DNA of 64,000 nucleotides from the human T2T-CHM13v2.0 reference genome, Homo sapiens (GCF_009914755.1 NC_060926.1); one strand, 5' to 3'. Positions 29,666 through 43,232 are shown, counted from the first letter of the stretch. Program-made: numbers and translations. Notes: a model not told the origin generated them from the sequence alone.

Positions 29666-29965
29666 TTTATTTTATTTATTTTATAGACAGGCTCTCACTC
29701 TGTGCCCTAGGCTGGAGTGCAGTGGCATGATCATACAGCATGGTAATCTGAAATTCCTGGGCTCAAGCCATCCTCCTGCCTCAGCTTCCTGAGTAGCTAT
29801 GACTACAGGTGCACACTACCACACCCAGGTAATTAAAAAAAAAAATTATCTGGAGACGGTTTTTGCTATGTTGCCCAGCTGGTCTGGAACTCTGGGCCTT
29901 AAGCAATCCTCCCGCCTCCACTTCCCAAAATGCTGGGATTACAAGAGTGAGCCATCACATCAGCC
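29666..29965 (-). mobile_element. AluJ-like element
   Basis: Reverse-complement diverged Alu. Confidence 0.92.
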
Positions 29966-31679
29966 ACATTTTCATTTAGACAATTTAATTTGGAACAATT
30001 GGAGCAATGCTTCTGAAGGCCAACACATAATAAACACTCTTCCTTAAATATAATGTGGATTGATGATACACTGGTAGGTATTTATATTTTGAAGTGCCAT
30101 GATGAGTTCCGAATGTTTAGATAAGAAATAAAAAGGGAGGACTAGAGGAAGTGTACCCTCCAGAGAAGCCAAATTTAGTCTGGGAAATAGAAATAGGGTC
30201 AATGTCAACAGCAGCAAGATGACGACAGACCAATGGCTGTTTACACCAGAGTCTTTCCAGGTTTTCTGACAAGTTTTGTGTTACTTCATATCTTCCTTAT
30301 TTAATCCTGGCCATTAACTACAATACAGTACTAACATTTTAACTCAGCTATACAAACCCAAAACTTCAATAAGTTTATCAGAGACAATACTGATATGTTA
30401 AAAAAATTACTCACAAAACACATGCATACAGAATATAGTAATATCACATATTTTGCAACTGTGTCCACAATTAAGACCTCCTGTACTAAGTAGAATGTCA
30501 CTGCATATAGGGTATTGAAATACAGAAGCCATTTCTTGTGTAGCACCCAAGGAAAGTCTTTCACATTCAAACTGCCTTTTACATTAATGGAAGTGCCAAA
30601 ATGATTTGCATTTGTATATTCGCAAATCATATTGTTTTAATATTTCAAAGAACGGATCACACTCACCCCTTATCCTATTTGATTCTATTAGGTCTTCAAA
30701 AAGGAACTTTGGGTGGACACAACATACAGAAATCCTATTAAGCATATGATTTCATGAAGGTATGCATGTAGAGTGTTTAGAATATGACACATATTTAAAT
30801 GCTCCATTAAAAAACTATTAATGTTAGGATTAGAATATAAATCTACAGTAAAATGGTATTGATGACAGAAACATTTTAATCTTTTGTCAGTCAATTATTG
30901 ATATTTCAAAGTATTTTATAAATTTTGGTACAACACATACACCCACCACAATAATGTGAATCCTTTCAAATTCTTGTTTTGCACATATAGTACAGTATAA
31001 ACTTGATAAATGTTTTTTAAAATTAATATAGAAATGGATGAATGAGATTCAATTAGCCCAATGTCAGATACAGTTGTTGAAATACATTAAGTATTCAACA
31101 AGTGGATACAAAAATATGTTTGAACTGCCAATTATAGCAAGGTCTCTGTGTCAAATTAAAACTAAAACTAAGATACTTCGTATCTTGTTAAAGACTGGCT
31201 TAATTTTTGTCACATGGTATACTTCCAAGTGCTTTTACCTGAAGAAGACTAAGCATTTCTCCAGCATGCCTGTCCATAACTAGTATTTATCCTCTATGCA
31301 ATTTGTTAACATGGTACCTAAGAGTTGACAAAGAAAAGCAGATACCTCTTTAGCTAGATAATTCATTAATCCATGTTATTTTATCATTTTGTGGCCCACT
31401 GTAGTGACTCTCACTTATCCATTTATTTGTTCAATAAATATTTCCTAAGTTCCTATTATGCACTGTACAAGGTGGATACTCCACAGTATGCTTAACAGGT
31501 ATGGCCCCTCCTTTCTCCAAGCTTAGTTTAGAAAGGCAAATAATCAGGAATGAAGGTGTTTATATGGGGCTGAAAGATTAGGGAGGAGTAAAAGGGAAAA
31601 GGAGCAACACTTCTTGCACATCTTCTATGTGACAAGCACAATTCCAGGTACTCCCCCATAGTTCCTCTTTTCAGGGAAT

Positions 31680-31827
31680 TGTTGCTGACATGTGATGTCT
31701 CCCCCAGGCACCCAGCTTTAAAATTTCTCTCTTTTGTACTCTGTCCCTTTATTTCTCAGACCAGCTGACACTTAGGGAAAATAGAAAAGAACCTACGTGA
31801 AATATCGGGGGTGAATTTCGACTGATA
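31680..31827 (+). mobile_element. Internally deleted MER11-type (HERV-K HML-8) solo LTR
   Basis: TGTTGC start, then the MER11 3' end (cccagctttaaaatttctctcttttgtactc...gaacctacgtgaaatatcgggggtgaatttcg). 6-bp TSD GGGAAT. Confidence 0.82.
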
Positions 31828-31833
31828 GGGAAT

Positions 31834-32650
31834 GACCTCTCCAGCCACCCAGTAACTCAGGTCAAACATTTTGGAGCCATCTCTGACTCTTTTCTTCCAT
31901 TTCCACTCTATGGTAAAACCATCATTAAATCCTGCCAGCTTTGCATTCAAAGTATGTGCTAACATTAACCAGTTTTCCCATTTCCTCCACTACCACCCTA
32001 GTCCATCATCACATCTGGTCATACAAAGGTTACTCTACTGCCTCTCTTGTGCATCTGTAAGCTATTCTCTCTATGACGAATGAAACAGAATCATATTCCT
32101 ATTTTTCAGATACTTTTCAAATACAAATGATTTTCTGTTGAATTTAGAATAAAATAGGAAGTTCATGTTGTGGTCTGTCAAGTTCTATAAAATCTGGCCT
32201 TCAATTACCGTGCCCATCTATCTCTCAATCTCTGCTTTGCTCAGTGTGTTCAACTACTCCAGGCTCCCACTGGGGTTTTCAAGCACACCTCCACTTCAGG
32301 CCTGTTTCACTCACATGGAGTATTCTCGCTCAGAGCTGCATGTTTCTTTGTTGTGTTTGCTCAAATGTCAGCTTCTCAGAAGACTGAATGTGTTCACCCT
32401 CGCTGAAATAGTAACCGCCCTTATCCATTCTCTATGTCCTTATCCTGCTTAAATTTTCTTTATAGAGCTTGCCATTTTCTGAACATCAATTACATTATAC
32501 ATAACACTCCTATTGATTTCTTTATTATCTGCCTTCCCACCTGAATATATCCATACAAACAGGGCTTCCACTATACAAGGCTCTATCCTCAGCACCTATA
32601 ACAGTACTAACCATGTAGCAAAATCCAAGAACACATTTTTTGAAATAATG
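31834..32650. mobile_element. L2 LINE fragment
   Basis: ttggagccatctctgactct...ctcaaatgtcagcttctcag...tatcctcagcacctataacagta L2 motifs. Confidence 0.7.
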
Positions 32651-33900
32651 GATTATTTCATTTGATTCTTATATGAAATTGCTAATATTATTACTATTAC
32701 CAAAAAAAACAGGTAAAAAATAATGAAACAATTTTTGGAAAGAGATAAAATAATTTAGGAAACAGGGCTCATGATTGAGGATTAGATGACTAGCAGAGGA
32801 TTTAAAAAGTGAAGAAGTAGAAATAACAGAGACAGATGTTTTGATTTTTTTTAATTTCTCAATTTCTTTAATTTTAATATTACAAATGAAATATTTTGGG
32901 GAACAATATACCTTAATTCCGTAAATTAATATTTTAAAATTAATAATCTGCTTTGTTAATTTCCAATAAAAATTAAAACCTATACATGAAGATCATTTAC
33001 AAAAGATGAGAAATGACACAGAAAATATAGAGTGAACACTACTTAACTACTCCTCCACTTTTCTGTTTCCATGTCAGACACATGCCTGGTTTCTGACCCT
33101 TGTCAGACCAGGAACAAATTATAATTTGAAAGTAGGGCATAAAGCGCTGGAGTTGAGACTTGTAAGGATGTAAGAGCTTACAACAAAAGAACATAGGAAA
33201 GTGTGGTGAAGGCTAAAGAGAATTAGAATGCCTTTCCCCATTTGGTGAATGAATAGATTTTTGTGTTTTGTTTTAGCATATCTTCAGGCCTGAATGGAAT
33301 GCTTTGTGTAGTAAACACAGTAAAGCTCAAATCGAGTTTACTGCCTCCATATGGTTCCAACCACATACGTACAATGGTAGATTCATGGGGTTGGGGGGGG
33401 GGGGCGTTTGTCAGGGGAGGACAAGTCATTTTCCTAGAAAAGGCAATTGTGTTTCTAGAATTTTATTAAGCAAGAGTTCAAAAGCAAGCCAGAGCAAAAA
33501 ATCGTACTCAGAACATCAGTTTGTTGGTGCCTTTCCAAAACAGCAATTTGATAAAAGTGCATCTGCAAGTCTTTTATCTGCAAAGTTAATTTCATTATTG
33601 CACTATACTGTACTTAAAAAAAAGATCCACACATTTATTAAAATTGTAATAAATGAATCACTTAGGCTTTGATCTCCTACACCAGTTTTACTGAGCTCCC
33701 CTAAAGGGAGATCAATTAAGCATACATTTTTCCACCTTTTAAAATAATACTCTCAGACAGAGCATTTGAATTTCATTTTATTAAAATGTAGGCACAGTAA
33801 ACATTATAAAAAATAAAATTCCCACAATTCACGCTATTTTAAAAAATATCAGCAACTGTCTCATTTCATTCTTGATAGGAAAAATAAAATTTTAGTTTGA

Positions 33901-34426
33901 TGATGGGGTTCAGGATATAATATCCCCAAATATAACAGTTTGGCATGCTGAAAACTGCAGAAGCAGGAAGGTCACTCTCATCCTCTTCTGCCTTTCACTC
34001 CTGAAGCACATCACAAAACATAGGAAAGATTTTCTGACCTTCTCCTGAAGCAGGTCATAAGATATTCAGGTGAAAGATACCCTCCCTATATTGGGAGGAA
34101 AGGAACATCCTTGTCTCTGAAGAAGGGTCACACAGAAGAATCTAAACAAACACCCTGATAAGTTTCCCTAATTTATTACAATTAAATCATACCAAATTTG
34201 TCCATTCATACTTTTGTACAACTGTCCACTCTTCATCAAACCTAGCACAAAATACACAGGTTTAACTATTTTTTCAGGTCTTCACTTCCTTACAAAGGCC
34301 TCCATGTCAAGTAAAACGTATATGAAATACCTTGTATGCTTTTCTCTTGTTTATTAGCTATTTTGTTATAGGAACTTCAACCATGAACCCAGAATGGGTG
34401 AGGGAAAGGTATTTTTCCCCTCCTAT
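33901..34426 (+). mobile_element. ERV1 solo LTR (MER34-like)
   Basis: Begins tgatggggttcaggatataatatccccaaatat and ends ...gaaaggtatttttcccctcctata. Confidence 0.75.
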
Positions 34427-36693
34427 AAAGATATTTCCTAAGTGTTCTCTGACACAATACACTAAAAACTACTTTATGACACAACCAGAAGCACTAATAA
34501 AATGTTGTGTTTCTAGGAAAGTGCTCTCTTCATCAAATGACATGCTTTCGTAGAAAACAGAATCTTATTCAATATTGTGAGAGTTTTGATTTATTTGCTA
34601 TAGTGTACCATTGCTTCTGTGTTCCAAAACACAAAACGATTCATATAATAATGAATTTGTTAAAATGACTTTCCGTAAGAAACACACATTTATTTTCCAG
34701 TGCATATAAAGAGCTTAGTTATGAGTCTGAAAGTATCCTCTATGTACCTAGGAAGGAAGTTCCCCCATCAGGACAGGCAAGGGAAAAAATTCTCTGTAAA
34801 TATAACCGAATGAAAACAAAAGGAGACACATCATCAGAAATATTACATCATACATGCAAGATGACAAAATACAATTTTTGAAGTGTTATTTTCTTTGCTA
34901 CTTAAAAATGGAATGACGGAAATTATATGGTGGCTGTGTTCTTGTCCTGGCTATGAAACTAATAGGGTGACTTTTTCAAACTGTTTTCTTTCTCTGTTCA
35001 TCTCTAATAAGAAGTGGCTGCAGTAGATACTCTTTAAGATTTCTTCTAACTCTAAAATTCTATGGATTAAGTAATTTAAACATTTTCAAAGGTATTTTCA
35101 TTTCTTCATATATTCTTCCTGAGCTTATGACAAATTAATTCTATGTTCAAGCATTTATGGACAGACTCTTCCAACTGAAAGAACTGGTGAATTTAATGAT
35201 CTTGAAAAAGGAGGAGAAATAGGAGGAAACACTTAACTTATTACTATCCAAGAATATCCTAAAATTCTACTCATTTGAGCATCTTCTATGCAGCCCTCAT
35301 AAGGTAACAAAAACAAATAAGCATAGAAAGTCTTGGAGGAACTACTGATTCCTAAATAATAATGATTTATCAAAGTAAAATTATTGTTATCAACCAGTGG
35401 ACCAGTTAGGGGCACCAATAAAGTAATGAGAGATTTCTAACTGAAATACATTCACTTATTTACCCTGTAGCATAATAAAAACGAACGTAAGGAATATACA
35501 ACATTGAGAGCATTGTTTCAGGTCATTTTCACATACGATTCTAATTACTAAATATTCCAGGATGAGAAGAAATGACTAGAGATAAATTATGGTGCCTATT
35601 AAACCTTTTATTGAAACCTCCTTTCCAAAAATTAATATCACATTTAATCATCAAAATATCCTATCTAAAAATTTGATTTATTTAGTTGTAGTCTACTTCC
35701 ACATGGAATTTGGAGTAACTGTGTAAGACATGAAAGAAATTCTAATTGAAAAAAGGCAGACTGGGCAAAAGATAATCAGATAAACTAGATGCACTACATG
35801 TATGTAGCTTATTTGCCTCTGACTCCTGGTACATATGACAATATATCCTGCTTGTACACACAATAGTAACATATTTCTGCCACAAGGAAGGACAAAGAAG
35901 GAAGCAAAGGAGAGGGGGAGGAAGGAAAAGTTGACTAATTGCATTTTAAACTGTTACCAAACAAGAAGTGAGTTACAGAAATGAATCACCACTACTCTGA
36001 AGTTTCAGCTTGTGAATAAAGTTGCCCTGGCTGATACTGATTATTTTCTACTTACCATTTTAACTGTCATCTTTTTAGCACATTAAGGCTCTCTTTTCAT
36101 AGACCTGCAGAAAACCGGTTTTACTAATCCCTTTCCTCCCAGAATGCCTTCGCTCTTTATCCTGGATGTACCCTCACTTCCTGTTTTTTGTTATTGTTGT
36201 TGTTGTTTGCTTGTGTGGTGGTGGGGGAAAAAAAAAAAAACTTAGAAGACATTGAACCATATATCCAGGTTTCCGGAGGTGAACTAACAACCCCAAGTTT
36301 GGGGTCTAGCCAACCCTTTCACAGATGCTGGACAGATACTAAGCAAACTACTGCTCACACACCTGCCATGAATAAAATTTTAAATTCATGACAAAGGGCA
36401 ACCTGAATAAACAGATTCTGGGTGAGAAAATAAAGAAAATGTGCAGAGCCTAAAACAGTTATAGCAGCCAATACATAAAGTATTTGCTTTCAGTAAGTGC
36501 CATTTCTGTTTTTGGTTACTTCTCATTCCCTTATTTCTCCCTTTTGACAATATTTTGTTTGGATAAGTCATCAGCCTAGCTGAAATTTTATTACACAGAA
36601 AAAAATGAATAATTAAAAAGTTATGACCATTTCAGAAAACTAGGCTTTATGGAAGTAACTTTAAAGTACGTGGTTTTATAAATAAGCATTTGT

Positions 36694-36830
36694 AGGAGGC
36701 TGAGACAGGAGAATCGCTTGAACCTGGGAGGCAGAGGATGCAGTGAGCCGAGATCATGTCACTACAGTCCTGCCTGGACGACACACCAAGACTCCGTCTC
36801 AAAAATAAATAAATAAACAAATAAACAAAC
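36694..36830 (+). mobile_element. 5'-truncated Alu (right arm only)
   Basis: aggaggctgagacaggagaatcgcttgaacc...gactccgtctc plus (AAAT)n tail. TSD-like aagcatttg/aaacatttg. Confidence 0.92.
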
Positions 36831-37440
36831 ATTTGCTCAAAAGGGACTCGGGGGTATGATTCTGGTATTTTCCCTCTCACCTATAAATGTTATGCAAATG
36901 TATTATTTTTCAAGGAGGGGAATGCCCAGTACTGGGAGACCACTTCTCCATCTAGAGGAGAATTTTCTTGTGCCAAGGTTACTGCTAAGTTTGAAATAGA
37001 AAGAAAAGTGTGCTTAGTAAGCACTGAAATAGATCAAAGGAATGAAAAAAGTCCTAAGAAATATTAATTTTAGACTATAGTAAAACTTAATGAATGAACC
37101 TTACCGCATAAGATGGAACATACTGGATAGTCACTATAATATGCATGCCTATATCTACATACATATCTACTACATATAGATACACACCTGTATCTAGCTA
37201 TTTTTTAAAATAGTCACATTTTTCTTGTGATTTCTTTGTTTCTGCAACTCTTGATTTCCTCTGATTACTCTTTTAACTGGATCTATAACCTACATCTTTC
37301 TCTGGATATTCCTCTGGTAACTCTCCCTCTTTTATTCCTCATCTTCTTTATTCCAAGTTGACAATTAGTTTACCTTTACCCTGATTACTCAGTTATAATG
37401 CCTATTCTTACTTCCCAAGAAAAAAATCTACACATTTTTA

Positions 37441-38198
37441 AACTCATTTTTGAATTGACATATAATAATTGCAAATACTTATGAGATATATACTGATATT
37501 TCTATATGTTTTATGTACAATGATGAGCTCAATGTGATCAGCATATCCATCAGTTCAAACCTTATCATTTCTTTGTGCTGGGAACATTCAGTATTACACA
37601 CAGAAAAGCTATCCTTCAAAAATGAAAAAGAAATAAAATATTTAACAGATAAGCAAGAAATAAGGGGATTCATCACCATGAGAATGGCCTTGCAAGAAAT
37701 GTTTAAGAAAGTCTCACATATGGAAGTGAAAAGACAATAATTACCAACATGAAAACATGCAAGACTATAAAACTCACTGGTAGTGTCAATACACAAAGGA
37801 GAAAGAAAAAGGAATAAAATCTTATCACTATAGAGAATCACCCAATTGCAAAAATAAACCATAAGAGAGGAAGTAAAGAACAAAGGAAATACAAAATAAC
37901 CATAAAACAATCAGTAAAATTACAGGAATAAATCTCCACCTATCAGTAGTAACCTTCAATCTAAATGGATTTAATTCCCCCTTGAAAAGATACAGACTGG
38001 CTGAGTGGATTAAAACAAAAATGACCCAAATATATGTTGCCTACAAGAAACCCATCTTATCTGCAAATACACACATAGACTGAAAGTGAAGAGAAGACAA
38101 AAGATATTTCAGGCAAATAAAAACCAAAAGCAAGCAGGGGCAGTCATACTTACATCAGACAAAACAGACTTTAGGTCAAAAGCTGTAAAAAGAGACAA
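37441..38198. mobile_element. L1MA-like insertion with inversion: 3' end on minus strand (~37441-37590) joined to ORF1-end/ORF2-start on plus strand (~37590-38198)
   Basis: ORF-track peptides KLSFKNEKEIKY..DKQ (ORF1) and KIFQANKNQKQAGAVILTSDKTDF (ORF2 endonuclease). Flanks aaatctaca(ca)ttttt on both sides. Confidence 0.8.
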
Positions 38199-38363
38199 AT
38201 CTACATTTTTTCTTGGATTTCTCGGTATGATAGAAGCTAGCAATCTTCAAAACGTGTATAAATCTATTGCCAGTCATTGACATTTCTTATAAGAACCTGT
38301 GTAGTTGTCTCACGTGGGTCCGCAGCTATTTATTTCCAATTTCCTTTCCATTTAAGACCTACC

Positions 38364-38720
38364 TATGCAGCCATAAAAAATGATGAGTTCATGTCCTTTG
38401 TAGGGACATGGATGAAGCTGGAAACCATCATTCTCAGTAAACTATCGCAAGGACAAAAAACCAAACACAGCATGTTCTCACTCATAGGTGGGAATTGAAC
38501 AATGAGAACACATGGACACAGGAAGGGGAACATCACATACCGGGGACTGTTGTGGGGTGGGGGAAGGGGGGAGGGATAGCATTAGGATATATACCTAATG
38601 CTAAATGACAAGTTAATGGGTGCAGCACACCAACGTGGCACATGTATGTATATGTAACAAACCTGCACGTTGTGCACATGTACCCTAAAACTTAAAGTAT
38701 AATAATAAAATTTAAAAAAA
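38364..38720 (+). mobile_element. Young 5'-truncated L1PA 3' end
   Basis: YAAIKNDEFMSFVGTWMKLETIILSKL, 3'UTR and poly(A). Perfect TSD aagacctacc (38354-38363, 38721-38730). Confidence 0.96.
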
Positions 38721-41700
38721 AAGACCTACCATTTGAGCAACTATAGTCTTATAATAACCTTCTGTTACTCTCTATTTTTCTAAGTACACCACATACTCAA
38801 AAGGTAAGCTCCTTGCCCCTTAATATAGTTACAAGGTTTACAAAGCTTAGTTTCCAGCCTGTTTAACCACTTTTCAACATCTTGCCTCTGTGCACTACAA
38901 ATTCTAAGTTATTTGTAGTTCTTCAAATGAGTAAGTGTCTTTTTGCTTGCTCTACCCTCTTCTCCCTATGTTCCCTTAGCTCTAATTCCTATTCATATTC
39001 AAGTTTCGCCTTAGCTGTCTTATCCTCTAGGAAGCCTCCTCTACCTCCCAAATCTGAGTTGCTTGTGCCCTATCATTACTGTTCATCACTCTGTATCGTG
39101 GCTGACCTTCTAAATGTCTATATTCACCTATAATCTATGAACACCAATAGAGCAGTGACCTGCCTATCTGATGACAAACATAACCCCAGTGCCTAAGCTC
39201 AATGACTTTACGTATTACTTAAAAGTCATAAATGTTAAACATTTTTCTCTAGTGCATAAATTACAACATTAGATACTATAATGAGCTATAACTCTTCGTC
39301 TCTTTTTATTTCAAAATTCTATTTTGTAACAAATTACTTTGTTTCCATATGCAATTGGACATGTTTTTCAGATAATTATCAGAAGATTAATGAGCATTTT
39401 CTGAACCATTTCTGAAATACAGAAAGGGTATTCAAAAAAAATTATTGTCCAAAGAAAAATTGATACAATACTTATTTGGAAGTCCTGAAATCTAAGAGGG
39501 TTAAAAATATGTGTGCCTATGACAATTTCTGAATTATTTACAAAATTTTGGTGATACAATATAGAAACTATTTACATACTTTCCTTATGAGTTACTTATG
39601 AAAACAATGTTAACATAAGTTACTCGAAGTGTTAGGGGTTTAGGAAAATTGTGCATAATAAGCACATAACCATTATACACATCAAAACGTACTTTTACCT
39701 TTTGTGTGTGTGTGTTTTATATATTATTTTTCTATTTTTAAATGAAGCAGATTTGAGAAATTATTGATTGGATAGTTTTTGATAAAGGATAAAAGAGTTA
39801 GACAGGTTAAATACACATTTTTATGGGATGCACTTTTACATGAATGTTTCTTTCTTAAACTGAGTAAATCCTGAGATAAAATATTATCACCAAAGATATT
39901 TAGCTAAATTGTGGACAAATACATAGAGTAACAGTCTGTAGACAACAGCAAATAATTATCTGGAATATTCCCTTCATTTCAAAAGTTTTCATCTTAGGTA
40001 TATTGTTTGAATATTTTATTATCAAAAAGCCAAAATATGATGAAAAAGTCATAAAGTGATAAAATCCTAAGAAAGGAAATAACAGTGGAAAGAAAAATTA
40101 ATCTTGCACAGAATAGAAGGAAAATAAATAAACGAGAAGCACACAAATAATCAAATAAAGAAAATAATAGTAGAAAACAATAAACCTGTTTTGTATGCTG
40201 AGATTTGCCTACAGTCTTCCTATAAAATTCTGGAAACTATATCTAGAGGTTGCTCTTTGATTGTTGCTGGCAATGTATCATTTGGTTGGGAAATACATTC
40301 ACACATAAATAAAAGAGATCAGTTATAAAGAAAAATACAAATGTCAAATCAATTAAACCCAAGCAGTGCTCCAAATCAAACAAAGAAGAGAGTCAGAGAG
40401 TAGCTCAAATGCTATTATACTATCTAAAAAGAAGGGGTTTACTTTTGATCCTTTGTGTATATGACTCCATAGAACCTGCCTGAGCTATTCTGAAGCTGTG
40501 AGTGGCGATGGTGAAGGCAGATGAGAAAGCATGACGTGTAGAGACAAATAAAGCTTGGGTTCAAATTTTCTCCTTGCTATTTAGATTTTTCCAGGAATTT
40601 GTTTTCCTAAATACAAAATGAAAATAATTAAATTTGGTTTGTGTTTTTGAGAATTAAGTGAGATAATAATCACAAAGTTGATCACTGCAGGGTATGGCAT
40701 ACAATCATTACACATCAATTCCTTTCCTCTCTTGCCCATTACTATCTATACAGGGCATCTTGAAAACGTATTTATTAATTGTATTTCTTATAATACATCA
40801 TTTTAATTGTGTATAAAATATACTCAAAGATACTAAAAGCATCAATATAATAATTTCCTAACATAACATTTTAGCTCTTTGTAAATATATATAAATATAA
40901 ATTTATAATTTACAAATTAATAGCCACAAATGTTTTCTTGGAATGTTTTTATAAAACTTGTAGTCATATACTTCTATTTTTTATAGACTGCTTTTAATTT
41001 CGTGATAATATTAAGGTTATTTGGTAGGACAAATCACATTTTTTTTTAGTTTTAGGCAATTTTTTCTTAAACTGGAAAAATCTGAGACATACAGTAAATG
41101 AAACAAAAATCTGAGCTGTAGAGTCAATGAAAACAAAGTATAACTAATTTGTGGAAAGGCAAAAATTAGAACCCAGCAATGTACTATTCTACTAAATATC
41201 TTTAGTTTCCACATAAATCATGAGTTGGCATATAACATGGATAGTCTGAATAAACTCTTGTTACTTAACTCCAATATTGCCCTAATTTCAAGGAGCTGAT
41301 CCAGAAGAGGAAGATCTGAGTTGGGACTTCAGACCAATGGCAAGATTCAAGCCTTTCATCTCCATGCTTTCTGCATTTCTCTATAGATATTCAGTTGTGA
41401 AACACCTGGAGTTTATGTGTAGTTGGCTCACACCAGCTGCATTTTTGAAGAAGGGGTAAAATAAGCATTTTGGGTTAGATATGAAAAATTTTATGCAACA
41501 AATGCATATTTGGAAACTGCAAAATGAGCATGCAAATCAATTTATATGCATCGATGAATGAATATAGACGGGCTATTTTCAAAGTATAGGCATTCTAGTG
41601 TAGCATAATATATCGGGACAAAAGGAATGGGAAGGAGGCAAATTGCTCAGCTTAGTCATCCATTTGCAATGGAAAATTGCATTGTCAAGTTCCATTATGC

Positions 41701-42954
41701 CTGCACAAATTTAGACAAATTAAAGAGTCTACTAAGTAATTATTGATAACATACATGTGTATGAAGTAGAGCAGGAAAGTTGTGAGTCATTTGGAACTTC
41801 TCAGATGTTTCTAGGATTTTCATTAGCGAAAGGAGGCATTGAAAGAATGATAATATACCTTACTATGAAACCAATTTGAGACACAACACTGGCCTATTCA
41901 GCCATATCTCTTCTATGGTGACAGAGATGGATAACAACCGGAAAAAGTGTAAATAAAACATTAACACAAATCACTCTGCTGAGGAGAAACGTTACATCTG
42001 GTTCTGGACCCTGCATCTTGTTAGGATCCCTTCATTCATTACTTCATTACCAGGAGAATTATTCAATCTGACACACGAGACCAAGTTAAAAAAAAAATCC
42101 TTAGAATTATACAAACTTTAAATCCTATATTTCTCTCTTTTACAGTGTGTGTTCAGAATATATTCTGCAAGGTTACTGTGGTATTCTCTTCTGACAATAT
42201 AAACATTCTACTACGTTTAAGACAGAATGTTCAACCAAGGATAACATAAATCCCTGGAAAGTCATATAATGGGTCTCATCTTCTGAAATGGACTATTGGT
42301 TTGACATTTCAAACATCTCATAGATAATCCCTCAAGATGGAGAGTCACCAACTTCCTTTGATAATCTGCTCTTGCACTTATAAATATTTATCCTTCAACA
42401 ATTTAAATATGTTTTTTCTTTACCCTCTTCACTGAAAACAGCAAAACACCTGGTCTTTACAGGTTATGTGCCTTTTTATACATAAATAAGTATATAAATT
42501 CTATTTTGCATATATGTGTATGTATTTGACATTTATTTATACTCGCTAAACGTATTTTTAACAAACTTCCATACCAGTTCACAAAACACACCTCATTCAT
42601 GTTATATTGTGAGTCATTATACACAGCTCTACCATAATTTATTTAATCAAATCCATGTTAATAAACATTTGGATTTGACTCCATTTACTTGTTTTCACTA
42701 TTACAGACAACATGCAATGAGTACCAGTGCTAATATATTTGTGAGGCTTGTTCAGGTATTTCTGTTTAAAACCAAAGTTCCTAGAGATGAAACTGTTAAA
42801 GGAAATACACATTTACATTTTCATAGTTACTGTTAAACTGCCTCTCAAAAGAACTATAATAATACACACTCCATCCAAAGATGCACAAGAGCATAAGAGT
42901 GTCTACGTTGCCACACCTTTCGGCCAAAACTGGGTATGATGGTCTTTTCTGTGC

Positions 42955-43232
42955 TTTTTTTTTTTTTGGTCTTGCTTTGCCACCCAGGCTAGAGGACAGT
43001 GGCACAATCACAGTTCACTGCAACCTCTAACTCCCAGCCTCAAGCAATCTACCTCAGCCTCAAAAATAGCAGGAACTACAGGTGTATGCCACAACATCTG
43101 GCTAATTTTTAAAAATGTTTTTGTATCGCGCTTTTTGCCTGGGCTGGTCTCAAACTCCTGGCCTCAAACAATTCTCTCACTTCAGCCTCCCAAAGTGCTG
43201 AGATTACAGGAATGAGCCACCCTGCCCAGCCT
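42955..43232 (-). mobile_element. AluJ-like element inside an old L1M fragment
   Basis: Reverse-complement diverged Alu. L1M-like flanks at about 42480-43380. Confidence 0.9.
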
